From positions 282,410,001-282,474,000 of the forward strand of contig OZ024741.1 in the NCBI GenBank assembly GCA_964016885.1: 64,000 nt of DNA, written 5' to 3'. A program made the position numbers and the translations under genes. Below, in pieces: positions 1 to 14,273 of this stretch. Below the pieces are notes generated by a model. It saw nothing but the letters and a program-made list of their open reading frames with translations, was not told where the DNA came from and ran no database searches. The first letter of the stretch is position 1. Every line of letters begins with the position of its first letter. This DNA is from Eledone cirrhosa (Eukaryota).

Positions 1-234
1 CAAATATGTCATCTGGCAGTAAAATGAAGAACCATAATACTTTTTGTGCATTGTTAGGTTCTTCTTTGGCAAACTTTTTTTTAAATTATCATTTCCAGTT
101 TAGTGCTACATGAAATGCTAGATACAGAATAGAAAGGAATTTCACAGCTCACACCTTTGCCAATTTAGCTGGCCACCTATGAGGTTACAATCTCATAAGA
201 AGTTTCTTGGGTGTTTTAATGATTGGGGGACCAA

Positions 235-345
235 TGAAAAGCAATGTAAAATGAAATGTCTTGCTCAAGAACCCCTTGGATGCCCAGGCCAGATATCAAA
301 CCACAACCCAGTGCTTGTAAGTCCAACACCCTAACCACTAAGTCT
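235..345 (-). mobile_element. Decayed tRNA-derived SINE (CORE-like family); similar copies near 15085-15380, 24490-24580, 43500-43690, 57830-57935
   Basis: Minus strand reads gtggttagggtgttggac (A-box-like) ... ttcttgagcaagacatttcatttt; the motif recurs several times in the window. Confidence 0.5.
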
Positions 346-2518
346 TCCCTGTTACATATATTAACATGACAATTGTTTCAACTTGAACTCAGATTGCTTT
401 ATCATACTATAATCAAGCAGTGTTTGGTAGTGTGGGAAGGAGCACATGAGCATGTTATATCTACTTTTCCTACTGTTTTGATATCTGGTTGTTTATGTGT
501 TGATTGCAACAGAGGGTGGGGACAAGATGTATTCAGTGTAGAGTACCTTAAATTCCCTAAGATATATAATTAGATTACATTTTTTATTTAACTGAAATGG
601 AGAAGATAGTGATGTTTGGTTTGATGTATTTTCACTGTGTTTAAGCCTTTGTGAGATGTTGAACATGCAGTAGCAGAGTCTGCAGCTAAATCTACCTTGG
701 CATTTGAGTAGGCAGGGTTTGCATAGTTCATAATAGGTTTGATACACTGTTTTGTTTATTAATTAGTACTCTCACTTCCATGTTTTCACCCTCTTGATAC
801 CATATTTCTAATGAAAGACACTGCTTATGATCTTCAATTAACTTTGAAAATAATAATAAAAATTGTAATGATTTAATAATATAATTAACTTTCACAGTAT
901 TAAGTAGGTGTTTAGAGCATAACTTAAAAGTTCTTTTCAGAGAACCAAGGGCAGTTTTAGGTGGTTTAGCATAAAAACATGTTAAACCATTGACAAATTT
1001 ATTAAAACAGCAAAAAGGAAAAATAATTAGAGACTACAAACAAAAATAAAAAAGAAAAGTATGGTTTCTAATTTAGACGGAAGGCCAGATATCAAATGTC
1101 TAAAGTAGGAACAATCCCTATAATATTAGGTGTTCTAGGAATGATAGAATAGAATAAAAACACAAGATACATAACCAAAACATGAGGTCCTACAAATATT
1201 CACAGAAATAGCACTACTAAATACTGCACACATGAATTTTTTCCAGCACTCGAGCAATTCTGCCAATCCTCTATGAAAATGGACAAGGAACGAAATGTGG
1301 TTGATGAAAAGCCTCTATTTGTTATGTAACAATCTGATACTAGTTTCGAATGCTACTGTTACAAATAAATCCCTTTCAAATAATAATAATAGTAATGTAA
1401 AATAATACATTTTATATTAACCATATCAAATATTTATTAGATGTAATGTTTCTAGTTATAGCTTCTCTCATCTAGTAAGAGAGATCTTATCTAATACACC
1501 TGAACCACACAAATTCAACTTACGTCATTATACTACTGCAAGCTTTCTTATAGTTTCTCATTTCTAGCAGTGATACCTGATCTCTTACACATGAACAGCA
1601 CATGTAAATAGGTAAACAAATGATTACATTTGCATGTGCATATGCACATACATAATACATACATAAATACATGCATACATACACATATACACTCATGTTC
1701 ATATGTACGTACAAACATACCTGCATACACATGCAAACACACCCACACCAACCACCCGGATCAATATTTGATTGAATTTTGATTCATGACAAAAGAACAC
1801 AGATCCTTCTTTCATAAGCTGTAAATGACCACAATGTTTGGAATCTTCAAAAACTGTTCTTACAATTCAAGGATGAATGATTACATATGGGACAATAGAA
1901 ATTTTCTTTTCTTTACAACCTTGCTTGTAGGAAGGTGGATGGTCAAAAGTAACCTCAAAATTAAGAAAAAGTGACAATTTATGCATGCCTACATACATAT
2001 GTATATGGAGGCATATACTATGTGTTTATATACAATAAACATATGAGAGCATTGCTATCAAAGAAATATTATTTTTTCCATTATGAAAAAATTATTTTTC
2101 TCTTTTTTGCTCTGAGAACATATCACAGATATCTCAGTAGCAGTTAAGAATGGCAGACAGCTGTTTCAAGATTCATTAATCTCTCATTAGTGACATTCAC
2201 TCAATTGAAATGAAAATAGTCTAAAGCTTATATAAATTTTGCATGATGAACATTTTCTGGGGAAACTCATTTGCATATAGCAAATAGAAAACAACTGGAA
2301 ATACAGACACACATACATACACTCATGCATGCACACAAACAAACAAACAAAGATCAAAATGCTTTCAACAATAAATCAGATAGGAAAGTGAAGAGTACAA
2401 ACAAATGAAATGTACTCATAGTGAAAATTTCAAAATATAATTAATTTATGTTTAAAGTTGCCATTAAAAGAAAGACAGTACTTGATATTAAACAGAAGAC
2501 CAGATGAAGAGACTTTAC

Positions 2519-2651
2519 CTATCAACGAAATCAGGGGTGAATATTTGCTGTAGCAAATTAATGCTCGTCTATATGTCCCAGTAATTGCTATAAAGTATTA
2601 TCTTGGAGATACTAGAGATAAAAACAACACAAAACATGCCATCATGTATTT
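2519..2651 (-). other. Possible non-coding or stop-containing exon
   Basis: Minus strand tttttactatttcag| ... gatag|gtaaag gives plausible splice sites, but all three frames contain a stop. Confidence 0.2.
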
Positions 2652-2904
2652 CTGAAATAGTAAAAAATGATTGTTACACTACGAAAAAATTATCAGTCAT
2701 GTGGCGATCCTTAACATATGTAAACGAAAATAAAACTATACTCCTCACCAACAAAGAGTGAAAAACAAAATAGAAACGATATTTGGAGATAATAAAAAAT
2801 ATGAGCTCTCAAATACACCACTAGAGAAGTTGTGCTCTTGACACAACTGGAGTCCTTTCAACCCATTTTTGGCATGGTTTCTCTAGCTATAGAAACCATG
2901 CAAA

Positions 2905-3291
2905 TAATAATTGTTTCTACTTTAGGCACAAGGCCAGCAATTACCCACTACATTACTGGTACTTTATTTTATCGACCCCGTAAGGATGAAAGGCAAAGTT
3001 AACCTTGGCGGGATTTGAACTCAGACTGTAAAGGGACGTAACTATGCTAGAAAGCATGGCATCCAACCCTCTACCGATACTGCCAATTCACCAATAATAA
3101 TAATAGTTGTTTCTACTTTAGGCACAATTTGAAGGGGAAGGGAAAGTTAATTAAATCGATCCCAGTGCATTACTGGTGCTTTAGTTTATCGACCCCGTAA
3201 GGATGAAAGGCAAAGCTAACCTTGCCAGGATTTGAACACAGAACTGTATGCTGCAAAGCATGGTGTCTGATGCTCTACCGATACTGCCAAT
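2905..3291 (-). mobile_element. Two tandem tRNA-derived SINEs (MetaSINE-like); further copies at about 4920-5080, 6510-6680, 14465-14715, 18240-18420 (+), 31828-32012, 47980-48400, 58650-58825, 62695-63100
   Basis: Minus strand: A box tggcagtatcggtaga, B box gagttcaaatcc, core gcctttcatccttacggggtcgataaaataaagtaccag, 3' tail ccttgtgcctaaagtagaaacaattatt. Confidence 0.8.
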
Positions 3292-3449
3292 GATTTACAT
3301 ACAAACACAATTTATGTAATGAATATGATTCACAGAAAAGTTTAAAAAATATAAATTAATTAGAGAAAGAAAAGAGGAAAAATAGGTTAAGATATGTGCA
3401 CTTAATTACATGCTACAATAAGAACTGCTGGTGTGTCCCTCTAAACATT

Positions 3450-3625
3450 TTTAGGAAAGCCAAGACACTCATAGTATTGCTGTGGGTGATAGTGAGGCTA
3501 AGGTGCTGGAATAGCAAAGAATCTCATGATACTTCAATAAGGCAAGCCACCAACAATGACAAGAGTCTCATCATTGGCCCAACTCTCCTTAATGTCTCAA
3601 ATGCCATTGGCTAAAACAAAAACAG
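3450..3625 (-). pseudogene. Old remnant of the C-terminus of a CRE-like restriction-like-endonuclease (RLE) retrotransposon
   Basis: Minus-strand pieces translate to PMAFETL..VGP and LFQHLSLTITHSN, paralleling PLAVETSGVLGP and LFQRVSLAVLRGN of the element at 32.2-32.6 kb. Confidence 0.45.
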
Positions 3626-5817
3626 TTTACCAATAATTGATGGCATTTCAGAATTTTATTCTGTTTGTTGAGAAAACATTCTAGTACATTAATCAGAAAA
3701 CCACTACATTTAGATCATAATTAATCAACTATAATTGTTCTGAAAATGATGTATTCAAAAGAACTTTATATTATCTCTAACATTTAATCAAAGATCCACT
3801 GATTCTTCAAATTGCCAGTTAATGTAATGGTACAGTTAATTTTAAGTATTGTCAGTGTGAATTTATAGCAAAAGTGCTATAGCAATTACTATACAAACCC
3901 TTTAATCTTAGCCAACAATGGTCAATAAGTTCAGGCAGAATGCTATTAGATAAGTTCACGTTACTATCTATAACCAACTACATACATTTTGTAAAATAGA
4001 TGGTGTTAATCATGTGCTAATTATATCCATTAACATAGTTTTCATTCTATTACAATTCATATCAATTAAGGAAATTAATTTGGTTGCTATCATTCTCCTT
4101 GGGATATTTTAGTGAAACCAGCATATATACTGTGAAATAGAGAATGTTGTTAGTTAAGAACAGTATTTACAAGGAAGAAAGCTTTTAAAATCTGTTCCAT
4201 TATTTTGTTTGTATATGCATATTTCGATAATCTATATTTTTGTATATGTGCTTCATAATAATTAGTCAATTATAGAATTCAGAAAAGAGACTGCTCTAAT
4301 TACAAAACAATAGTAATAAATCTGAACTGATAATTATTAAGAACAAGGAAATTCTTCACAAATTGAGACTAAACCCTTTTACTACCAAGCCACCTGAAAT
4401 TGCCATTGGTTTTATGATACAAATCTATTTATAATAAAGTGTTTATAATTATTCAAAACCTTTTCATTACAATTTTATATAACTAGCCAAAACACAAGCT
4501 TAATAATGAGGTTATATTACTAAATCCCTCCAAATAATTGAGTACTTTCAAAATTATTTGAAAATCATATGCAGTGACTTTCATACAAAAAAAAAAAAGA
4601 TGGTAATGAAAGGGTTAAAACATTTAATATTTTGTGTAGGATTTAGCTTCAGACTTATCTAATCCATTACCCATTTGAACTTGGTCCTCAAATGACCAAG
4701 TATCAAGTATCCAGTTTGAGTATACCTTATTCCTTCACTCTCACCAGTCATAGGAGCCCTAAGAAAAGGCCATGGGCACTGCCTTTCTCTCTCCAAATAA
4801 ACAGTAAAAAAAAACATGACACAGGATATATCTTGGGTATTTGAAACCTGGTGGTGGCCATCTCCTTTCCAGGAGTCAATTTTTTCAAGAGAAAGGAAAG
4901 TAGAAAAAGATATAGAGGAAGAATTGACTTTAATATTGAACTGGTACTTTTTTTTATATTGACCTTGAAAGGATGTAAGGCAAAATTGACCTCAGTGGGA
5001 TTTGAACCCAGAGCACAATGAGCTGGAACAAATAAAGCAAAGCATTCTATCCAACATTCTACCAACTGCCAATTTGCCACCTATAATTGTACATAAAATG
5101 TTTAAAATATGGAAATAATTTCCTGATTATATAAGAAAACCATTCTTAAAAAGCTATGCAACTATGTTTTGTCTTGGTATGCTAGATATTGAAGATAAGC
5201 AACATATACATTTTTCCAGTTTGATCTCATTTGTATCTCAATATGGAAACTAAAAGCCCTTAATGTTCTTGCCACTGTTTACCTTCATGACTACATAACA
5301 TAAATAAATATTCTGTTTCCATCTTTATGGTTGGGCCTTGCAGTTGTGTCACCTTCAGATATTTTAGGTTTTATTTATAATCATTTATATAATACATTCA
5401 TATTCCCCCTCTTCTCAATATCAATGACCATTTACAGGCCTGCATCATTAACTCTTTTGTAACCATATTTCTAATGAAATACATAGCCAATGTGTTTCAA
5501 TATATTTTGAAAATAATAAAGAATGTCGATGATTTTAATACTACAGTTTAACTTTTTCATTATTAAAATATTTGAAACATAAAATGTTCATATATCAAAT
5601 ATATAGAACGTTTTTAATTTAAACACAACACTTTAAATTGAGCAGTTTTTTATCATAAAACCAGGCAAGTTGGTATAAAAAGGGGCTATACAGATATTTA
5701 ATAGACATTTAAAAATTTAATGTCAATCATTGATCTAATAAGTTCAGTCTGAAGCAATTGTTCTTGCTATATAAATTTCACACTGTTGATGTCTTACATT
5801 GTAGCAAGGTTTTAGCT

Positions 5818-6074
5818 TTAACCCTTATATTTCCATATTTTTAATGAAAGACAATGCCTATGAGTTCCAAATAACCTTTTAAATAATCAATAATTTGGAG
5901 GAATTTGGAAAAAAAGTTAACTTTCTTATTATTAAGCTGGTGATTGGAACATAAAGGTTCTTACATAAAATTATAATGGTAGTCTTTTAAGTAAATATCA
6001 ACACATTAAAACAAACAGTTTTGTATTGTAGAACCAGGGGTGGTTTCTGAGCAGTATGGTACAAAAAGGGTTAA
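5818..6074. mobile_element. piggyBac-type MITE of about 240-250 bp; related copies at about 787-985, 4371-4618, 5448-5685, 37288-37524, 37808-38051, 52208-52447, 53250-53491
   Basis: TTAA|CCCTT ... AAAGGG|TTAA termini (clearest at 37808-38051 and 53250-53491) and a shared internal sequence (ccatatttctaatgaaagac). Confidence 0.7.
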
Positions 6075-7530
6075 AACAGAGAGAATGTAGAGGATGGTGA
6101 GACATTTAATTCATATTGTTTCTAATAACATTAATGGAATAAGTGAAATGCAATAGCTTCACTTGTAATTGTAAAAATGGGGTTATTACAAATTTACCTC
6201 TGCATAACTTTATTTTGTCATAAAGAGGTAAATTGTTTTGTTTTGGTTTAATCAGAGAAAAAGGTACCTTTAACTGGAGGCAGCAAAGACAATTACAATA
6301 ACTAAAAGAAGAGTACAGGAGAACGGTTATGAGAGTAAATCATAAATGTATGGACCTGTAGCTCCTGGTGGAATTGTAAAGGCACCATAGTGACATACAG
6401 TGTATGTTGAGCATTTAAAACATGGTAGAGCCCATCCTTCTCTAGATCTGAACACAGTTAAGTTCCTCCAGAGAAAGAGAGTGCTAGAGAAGAACTGAGA
6501 AAGAAATATAGAAAAGAATCGACCCAAGTACTGGATTGGTACTTGTTTTTTTATTGACTTCCAAAAGGATGAAATGCAAAGCTGACCTCGATATGTTTTG
6601 AATTCAGAGCACAGAGAGCTGGAACAAATACTGCAAGACATTCTATCCAACATTGTAATGACTGCCACTTCACCATTCACTTCCAATTTATAAATATTGC
6701 AACAAAATAAACTAAGATAATCAGGTAAACCAGTGACTTTGTATACTATTTGCAGTTCAATTATGATTAATTAGTTGTAACTCATATTGAGTGACTACAA
6801 TTAACTGGCGGGTTATGAACTCTTGAGCTAATGGTCTTGATTTAAGAAGATACCAGGGAATTGTAGTTTACAACTATCTATCTTTTCAATGTTGTTATTG
6901 TTACTGTAATTGTTACTGTATAATTTAATACTTAAAGATAATGAATGAAAGAATATGTAAATGTTTTATAACACACATGACAATACAAGTGTGTATATAA
7001 GTATGATTGTCTGCATATATTTGGTGATAACAATGATGATGATGAATATAATGCTGTCAACATTGACAAGACTCAACATGTAAATATATCTCAATTTAAA
7101 AAAAGGTAAATTGAATTTTCAATATTGTAATTCAACTATTATCAATTACTTTTAAAAATCTGATTGTATGCATGTTTATATGAAAGATATAGGAGGTAGA
7201 AAAGGAAAATGAAAGAGAAAGAAAATTGTAATTATTTTTTCTTTGTGTAGTGGAACTTCTGTGCCAAACAACATACAATGGGTTAAATATTTTGATTGAA
7301 AGATATAAATTTAGCCCAATTAAAAACATACATATGTAATATCCAATACTTATTCTGACATGAGTTAATTACTTTCATGATCTTTCAAGCATCCATATTA
7401 AATATTGACAGTACAGATATTTCAATTACATCTTAAATGACAGCAAATATGAATTCTATTTCATCTGTGCTATTTCTTGTACATGTTGCAAATATGATAT
7501 ATGAATATGTTCCTTCTTGAAGTTATCAGT

Positions 7531-10031
7531 TTTATGAAGGCGACAGATGAAACCTGTGACTGGAGCAGACCTATAGGCAGGAGGAGAGTAACTTGGTGGT
7601 GGAACAGTAAGGTGGAGGGGTCAATCAAGGCCAAAAAGCAGGCTTGGAAAGCATGGTGGGATGGGGGAAGTAGAGAAGACTATCAAGTGGTCAGGAGGGA
7701 AGCTAGGAGACAAGTGTACTTCGCAAGAAGGGAAGCAGAGGAAAGAAAGTTCAAGCATGTTCTACAACGTGAGGACCAAAAACGTGAGGTATTCAGGATT
7801 GCGAGGCAATGTGTCAAGGAAAACAGTGATATTGTCGGGGAGAAGTGTGTCCTTAATGATGATGGTGTACTTGCCATCACTGACGCTGATAAGAAGGTAG
7901 CTTGGAAGTGTCACTACGAAAGGCTACTAAATGAGGAGAATAATTGGGAGAAAGACAGTCTCCCCCACATCGACCCAATAGAGGGACCAGCAGTGCAAAT
8001 TGAAGGTAGTATAATAAGTAAGGCGATCAAAGACATGAAGATGGGCAAGACGGCCTGGCCTTCGGAAATAGTTGCTGAAATGCTGAAAGCATCTGGAACG
8101 GTGGGACACACCATGGTCACCCGGATAGTAAACCAAGTCATACAGAATGGGGTCGTTCCGAAGGACTGGCGCAGCAGCATCATCATTAACTGCTACAAGG
8201 GTAAAGGTGATGCCCTAGATAGGGGAAACTATAGAGGCATTAAATTAATTGACCAGGTCATGAAGGTCACAGAAAAAGTAATAGCGCAACTAATCAGAGA
8301 GCGAATTGATCTAGACGAAATGCAGTTCGGGTTTGTGTCAGGTAAAAGTACAACAGACACTCTTTTCATTGTACGACAACTACAGGCGAAGTACCTAGCT
8401 AAAAGTAAACCCCTATACTTAGCTTTTGTTGACTTGGAGAAAGCCTTTGACAGAGTACCCCGCTCGATTATCTGGTGGGCCCTTAGAAAACTAAGTGTTG
8501 ATGAATGGCTTGTGAGAGCTATACAAGCCATGTATAAAGAAACAGTCAGCAAGGTTAGAATTAACAACGAATATAGTGAAGAGTTTAGCGTAAAAGTTGG
8601 TGTTCATCAGGGCTCCGTCCTTAGCCCCCTACTATTTATTATTGCCCTTCAGGCTATAACAGAGAAGTTTAAAACAGGCTGCCCATGGGAACTCCTATAT
8701 GCAGATGATCTAACGCTCATAGCTGAATCAATGGCTGAACCAGAGAAGAAATTCGAAACATGGAAGCATGGCCTAGAGTCAAAAGGCCTTAAAGTTGACT
8801 TGTCTAAGACTAAAGTTCTAGTTTGTAGGAAGGAAAATAGGGCACCGGTCCCATCTGGGAAATGGCCATGCTCAGTGTGTAGGAAAGGAGTAGGCAGAAA
8901 CTCCATTTTATGTCCCAAATGCAAAGTATGGGTGCATAAAAGATGTAGTGGGATCACAGGTAAGCTAACTAAGAATATAGATTTTATATGTGGCCGGTGC
9001 TCAGGTGCAATAAGTAGCAGCAAGTGCCCACGGAATACTAGCTCATTCCATTGCACAGATGGTTCTATAGCAATAGTGGACAGTTTCCGTTACCTGGGTG
9101 ACAAAATCAGCAGTGGGGGAGGGTGCTCTGAAAGTACAGTAGCTCGAGTCAGAACGGGATGGAAAAAGTTCAGAGAGCTTATACCACTATTGGACGCTAA
9201 AGGGTTCTCTCTAAAAATGAAAGGCAGACTGTATGATGCCTGCATACGAACAACAATGTTACATGGCAGTGAGACCTGGGCATTGTGTGCAGAGGTATTC
9301 GCAGACTGGAGAGAAACGAAGCTTGCATGCTCCGCTGGATGTGTAATAGTAATATACGTGAATGGCAAAGCATAAACGAACTAAGGGAGAAATTAGGAAT
9401 AAGAGGGATCAGATGTTGTTTACTCGAGAGAAGACTACGTTGGTACGGTCACGTGATGCGCATGAAAGACGACAGCTGTATAAAAAAGTGCAGGGCGATA
9501 AAAATAGACGGTAGCCACGGAGTAGGCAGACCCAGAAAAACCTGGGACGACTTGATAAATTCCGACCTCACACACTTACACCTCTCCAAGACAATGTCAT
9601 TGGACCGAGATCTTTGGCGCTACACAGTTATACAGAAGACCCGCCTTGCCTAAGCGAAACCTACAGTCAGTAGGCACCTCTAACAAAATACACCCCCGTC
9701 CCACTACCCTCACCCCATCCACACCACCCCCTTAAATGTGAAGTTATGTTGGTACCACAACATCCAGTCCGAAACAAATGAGGTCGTGTAGGTGTCACGA
9801 CAAAAAAACACACAGTCCATGCTGTAATGTGGCCATGTAGGTAACACGGTAAAAACCTCCCAGTCCACACTGTAAACGTGGTTGGTGTTAGGAAGGGCAT
9901 CCAGCCGTAGAAAACCCGCCAGACAGTCCTATACGAGCAGGACAACCAATCTTGCCTCAAGTGGGAAAACTCCCATCCAAACCCATGCAAGCGTGGAAGA
10001 TGGACGTTAAACGATGATGATGATGATGATG
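7531..10031 (+). mobile_element. 5'-truncated RTE-clade LINE: RT with PHD-like finger, frameshift near 9290, 3' UTR and (GAT)n tail
   Basis: ORF 7501-9375 has [29 protein letters not shown] and FRYLG; ORF 9285-9653 has [10 protein letters not shown] and GRPRKTW; ends in gatgatgat. Confidence 0.95.
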
Positions 10032-10393
10032 AATGAATGAAAAGAGGAAGCTTTGCAAATATCAAGAAAGACAGAAATTAAGAAACCAATCACTCAGTTA
10101 TTGGGGTGCCATTTTAGACATCTAACTGTGTGTCCATCATGGCATTTCAGTGGGCCTTAGCAATGCTTGGTGGTACCAGTCTCTTCTTTAAACATCCAGT
10201 CCCTCAATAAGTTTAGCCTGCCAACAGAAACAGTTACTGAAAAATGTCCCAGAGCCAGAAGTGAGAGTCAGGTGAGAACCTGTACACCTGTTCATCCCTA
10301 AAGATGCTACAGCCAGACATCAAGATATTCTCTCTACCCTAACACCCTAGTTTTGGGATATTTCTTCGAATCACTTCACTCAATTTTCAAAGT

Positions 10394-13362
10394 CATCATC
10401 ATCATCATCATCATCACCGTTTTACGTCCGTTCTTCCATGCTAGCATGGGTTAGACGGGTTGTCCTGTTGTGGGCAGTGTCTGGTCGGCTGACCATGCCT
10501 TGCTCATACAGGAATTGATTTGGCTTGATTTCTACAGCTGGATGCCCTTCCTAACACCAACCTCATTTACAGTGAGTGCTGGGTGCTTTTTCGTGGCGCC
10601 TACACGTCCACTATACAGTGTGGGCTGGGTGCTTTTTTGCCGTGGCACCTCCACGACCACCTTGCGGTGGGGGGTGTGGGGGCATATTGTCTATATGCTT
10701 CAGCTTGTACCCATGGGAGGTCGGGTACTCTGTATTACTGCGTGACGCCAGTGGTCACGGTCGTGTGTCATCGCCTTTGAGAGGTGTAATTGGGTAAGGT
10801 CGGCTTTTATCACCTCATCCCAGGTCATCTTGGGTCTCCCCACTCCGGGTCTCCATCGACTTCTAGTGCTCTGCACCTTTTATGCAGCTGTCATCCTTCA
10901 TACGCATTACATGTCCATACCAGTGCAACCGCCTCTCCTGCACACAGCATTTGATTCCTCTTATGCTCAGTCTCTCTCTCTCAATTCATTTATGCTTTGT
11001 CGTTCACGTATATTACTGTTACACATCCATCGGAGCATGCAGGCTTTGTTTCTCTCTAATCTACGGTAAGTCTTCCACCTTCAGCGCCCAGGTCTCACTA
11101 CCATGCAACATTGCTGTTCGGATACACGCATCATACAGTCTGCCTTTCATTCTGAGGGAGAAGCCTTTTGCAGCTAGCAGTGGTAGTAGTTCTCTAAATT
11201 TCTTCCATCCCGTTCTTACCCTAGTTATTGTACTTTCTGAACACCCACCTCCGCTGCTAATTCGGTCACCTAGGTAGCAGAAGCTGTCTACTGTTTCTAC
11301 AGAGCCCTCCCAGAGATTGGTGGTACTTGTTTCCTGTGGCTGTTTGCTGCTTGCTGTCCCAGCACAGCTGCTGCTTGCTGTCCCAGCACAGCTGCTGCAT
11401 GTGAAGCCTATATTCTTAATTAAGCTTCCTGAGATCCCGCTACATCTCTTGCGTACCCATTGTTTGCATTTGGGGCAGAGAATGGAGTTCCTACCTACAC
11501 CTTTCCTACATACTGAGCAAAGCCATTTCCCTGAGGGGATCTGGGTTCTGTTTTCTCGTCTACTTACAAGGACCTTAGTCTTTGTCATGTTGACTTTGAG
11601 ACCCTTTCTTTCTAGTCCCTGCTTCCAAGTTTGGAATTTATTCTCTAGTTCTACCATAGATTCAGCTATGAGTGCGAGGTCATCAGCATACAGGAGTTCC
11701 CATGGGCATCCGGTCTTAAACTCCTCCGTTATTGCCTGCAGGACTATGATGAACAGGAGGGGGCTAAGAACAGAGCCCTGGTGGACCCCAACCTGTACGC
11801 TAAATTCCTCGCTATACTCATTGCTAATCCTAACTTTGCTGACTGCTCCCCTATACATGGCTTTACCGCTTTCACAAGCCATTCTTCTACTCCCAGTTTT
11901 CTAAGAGCCCACCAGATTACAGCACGTGGAACTCTGTCAAAGGCTTTCTCAAGGTCGACAAATGCCAGGTAGAGTGGCTTACTTTTAGCTAGGTACTTTT
12001 CCTGTAACTGCCTCACAAGGAAGAGGGCATCAGTGGTGCCTCTTCCTGGTACAAACCCAAATTGCATCTCGTCTAGTTTCACCCGGTCCCTAACCAACTG
12101 TGCTATAACTCTTTCTGTTACTTTCATGACCTGGTCCATCAACTTTATACCTCTATAGTTTCCTCTATCTAGTGCATCGCCTTTACCTTTGTAGCAGTTG
12201 ACAATGATGCTACTGCACCAATCTTTTGGTATGACACCTTCTAGTATTACCTGGTTAACAATACGTGTGGTTATAGTGTGACCTACAGACCCAGATGCCT
12301 TCAGCATCTCGGCAGCTATACCCGATGGACCGGTTGCCTTCCCCATCTTCATATCTTTGATTGCCTTACTTACTATGTTGCTGCTGACTTGTACTGCTGG
12401 CCCCTCTGTAGGGTCTACTTGGGGTAGGGTCTCTTCTTCCCATGCATTCTCCTCATTTAGTAATCTATCATAATGACTCTTCCATGCATCTTTCTTCTCA
12501 GCACTTGTGAGGGCAAGCTCACCTTTATCATTCCGGATACACTTCTCTCCAATGACATCACAACTATCTCTGACACACTGCCTCGCAATCTTGAACACCT
12601 CCTGTTTCTGGTCCTCACGTTGCAAAACATGCTTGAATTTTCTATCCTCTGCTTCCCTCCTAGCTAAGTATACTTGTCGCCTAGCTTCCCTCTTGGTCTC
12701 TATGTAATGTACCCTGCTCCCCCCGTTCTTCCATTCTTTCCATGCCTGTCTCTTGGCCTTAACTGCTTCATCTACCTTATTGTTCCACCACCAAGTCACT
12801 CTCCTCCTGCTTGAGGTCTTACTCCAGCCACAGACCTCATCCGTCGCCTCTAGTAAATTATTTTTTAGGAACTCCCAGTTCTCTTCTACATTGAATGTCT
12901 CTATCTGTTCTTCTTTACTGTCGTAGGCGTTGAATAAAATATCTTTAAATCTGTTACTGGTTGAAGGGACTTTCAGCTTCCAGATCTTTCTTCTCCAGGT
13001 TGGCCTCTGTTTCCAGGTTCGTCTAGTTCTGACCGTGAGGTCACTGACTACTAAGCTTTGTTGGGATGTACATTCCTCACTAGGGAAGGCTTTTGTGTTT
13101 ATGACCGTCCATCTGTCACGTCCTCTGATGAGGATTAAATCTATCTGACTGGAGTGCTCCCCTGATCCATAGGTGATCAGGTGGTTGTCGGGTTTTTTAA
13201 AGTTTGTGTTACATATTGACATCTCATTGGCGTCGCAGAATTCTAGAAGTCTGAATCCTTCCTCATTTCTTGTGCCAACTCCATGGCCTCCATGTACTCT
13301 ATTGAAGCCGTCGCAGTGTTTACCTACGTGTCCGTTAAAATCTCCTGCGATGATTAGGAAGT
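10394..13362 (-). mobile_element. 5'-truncated RTE LINE (partial APE plus RT), disabled by a frameshift near 11865 and a stop at 11061
   Basis: ORFs 11744-13222 and 11061-11882; nearly identical to the copy at 26401-29816; (CAT)n tail on the + strand from 10394. Confidence 0.95.
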
Positions 13363-13736
13363 AACATTAGATAATGCTATGTCCATTATTGAAATAACAT
13401 TTCTTTAAATTACTTCACTTTACTTTCAAGGAGATAGAGGATAATGGTATATCCAGCTTTGACTGTCATGGACACATTTATAATGTAGTAAGATGGTCAT
13501 GGTTGGAATGTCTTTATTAGGTCTATTGAACCTGGGCTGGCCTGGGGTTAAACAACAACAGCCATTATTTCTATTATGGGAAATACAATTTACTACTGTG
13601 AGTAATGCAGGTACTATGAATTGGCAGAGTTGTTAAAATGTCATATGGAATGATTTGCAGTATTTATTCCAACTCTGTGTTCTCTGAGTTCAAATCCCAC
13701 CAAAGTCAACAAAAAAAAGTAATCAGTCCAATGCTG

Positions 13737-13738
<2 letters not shown>

Positions 13739-13783
<45 letters not shown>

Positions 13784-13798
13784 TTCTCTCTCTCTCTC
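13739..13798. repeat. (CT)n microsatellite
   Basis: Direct reading. Confidence 0.95.
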
Positions 13799-14151
13799 CT
13801 TCTTTGGAAGAAATTGTCTGTGTTCAGGCATGGAAAGGATATGAGCTCCAACAGGTTTAAAGTGCCCAACACACATATGTCACAATGTCATATGCCCAAC
13901 ATATATATGTCACCCCTAAGACACCATCAGATATTGCAGGTAAATACATACATATGTACATACACACATATACACTTCTTTAGACTTAATTGTGCTAATA
14001 ATCTATTGATCCAGAAAATGATTAGAAACAATTTACTTGACATGTTATAATTATAAATCAAACAGCAGATTCAAGAATATAAATACAATATTAAAGAAAT
14101 TAGGTCAATTTCTAAATAAAAGTAAAAAGAATCTTGTAATAATCAACTTAC

Positions 14152-14273
14152 CTCATTGAAAGTATTTTTAATTAATTGTCCTTTGTGGTAAATTTTGGGA
14201 TGAACAATCTCATAGGAATGATTATGATGGCTGACAGAATCTACACTGTGGTATTTCTTGCTGTTGAATTTAC
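14152..14273 (-). CDS. Candidate internal coding exon of a host gene: (G)KFNSKKYHSVDSVSHHNHSYEIVHPKIYHKGQLIKNTFNE, possibly the start of an ADAM/ADAMTS-type prodomain
   Basis: Strong acceptor ttttatttttatag| and consensus donor GAG|gtaagt; 122 nt, open in phase 1 to phase 0; SYEIVHP resembles the YE(V/I)VxP motif of M12B propeptides. Confidence 0.55.

Noticed and set aside
1524-1576. Possible minus-strand exon VSLLEMRNYKKACSSIM with a gtaagt donor
   Set aside because: Acceptor lacks a pyrimidine tract; no recognisable homology
6198-6273. Possible minus-strand exon LKVPFSLIKPKQNNLPLYDKIKLCR
   Set aside because: Weak donor (gtaaat) and no recognisable homology; not supportable without RNA data
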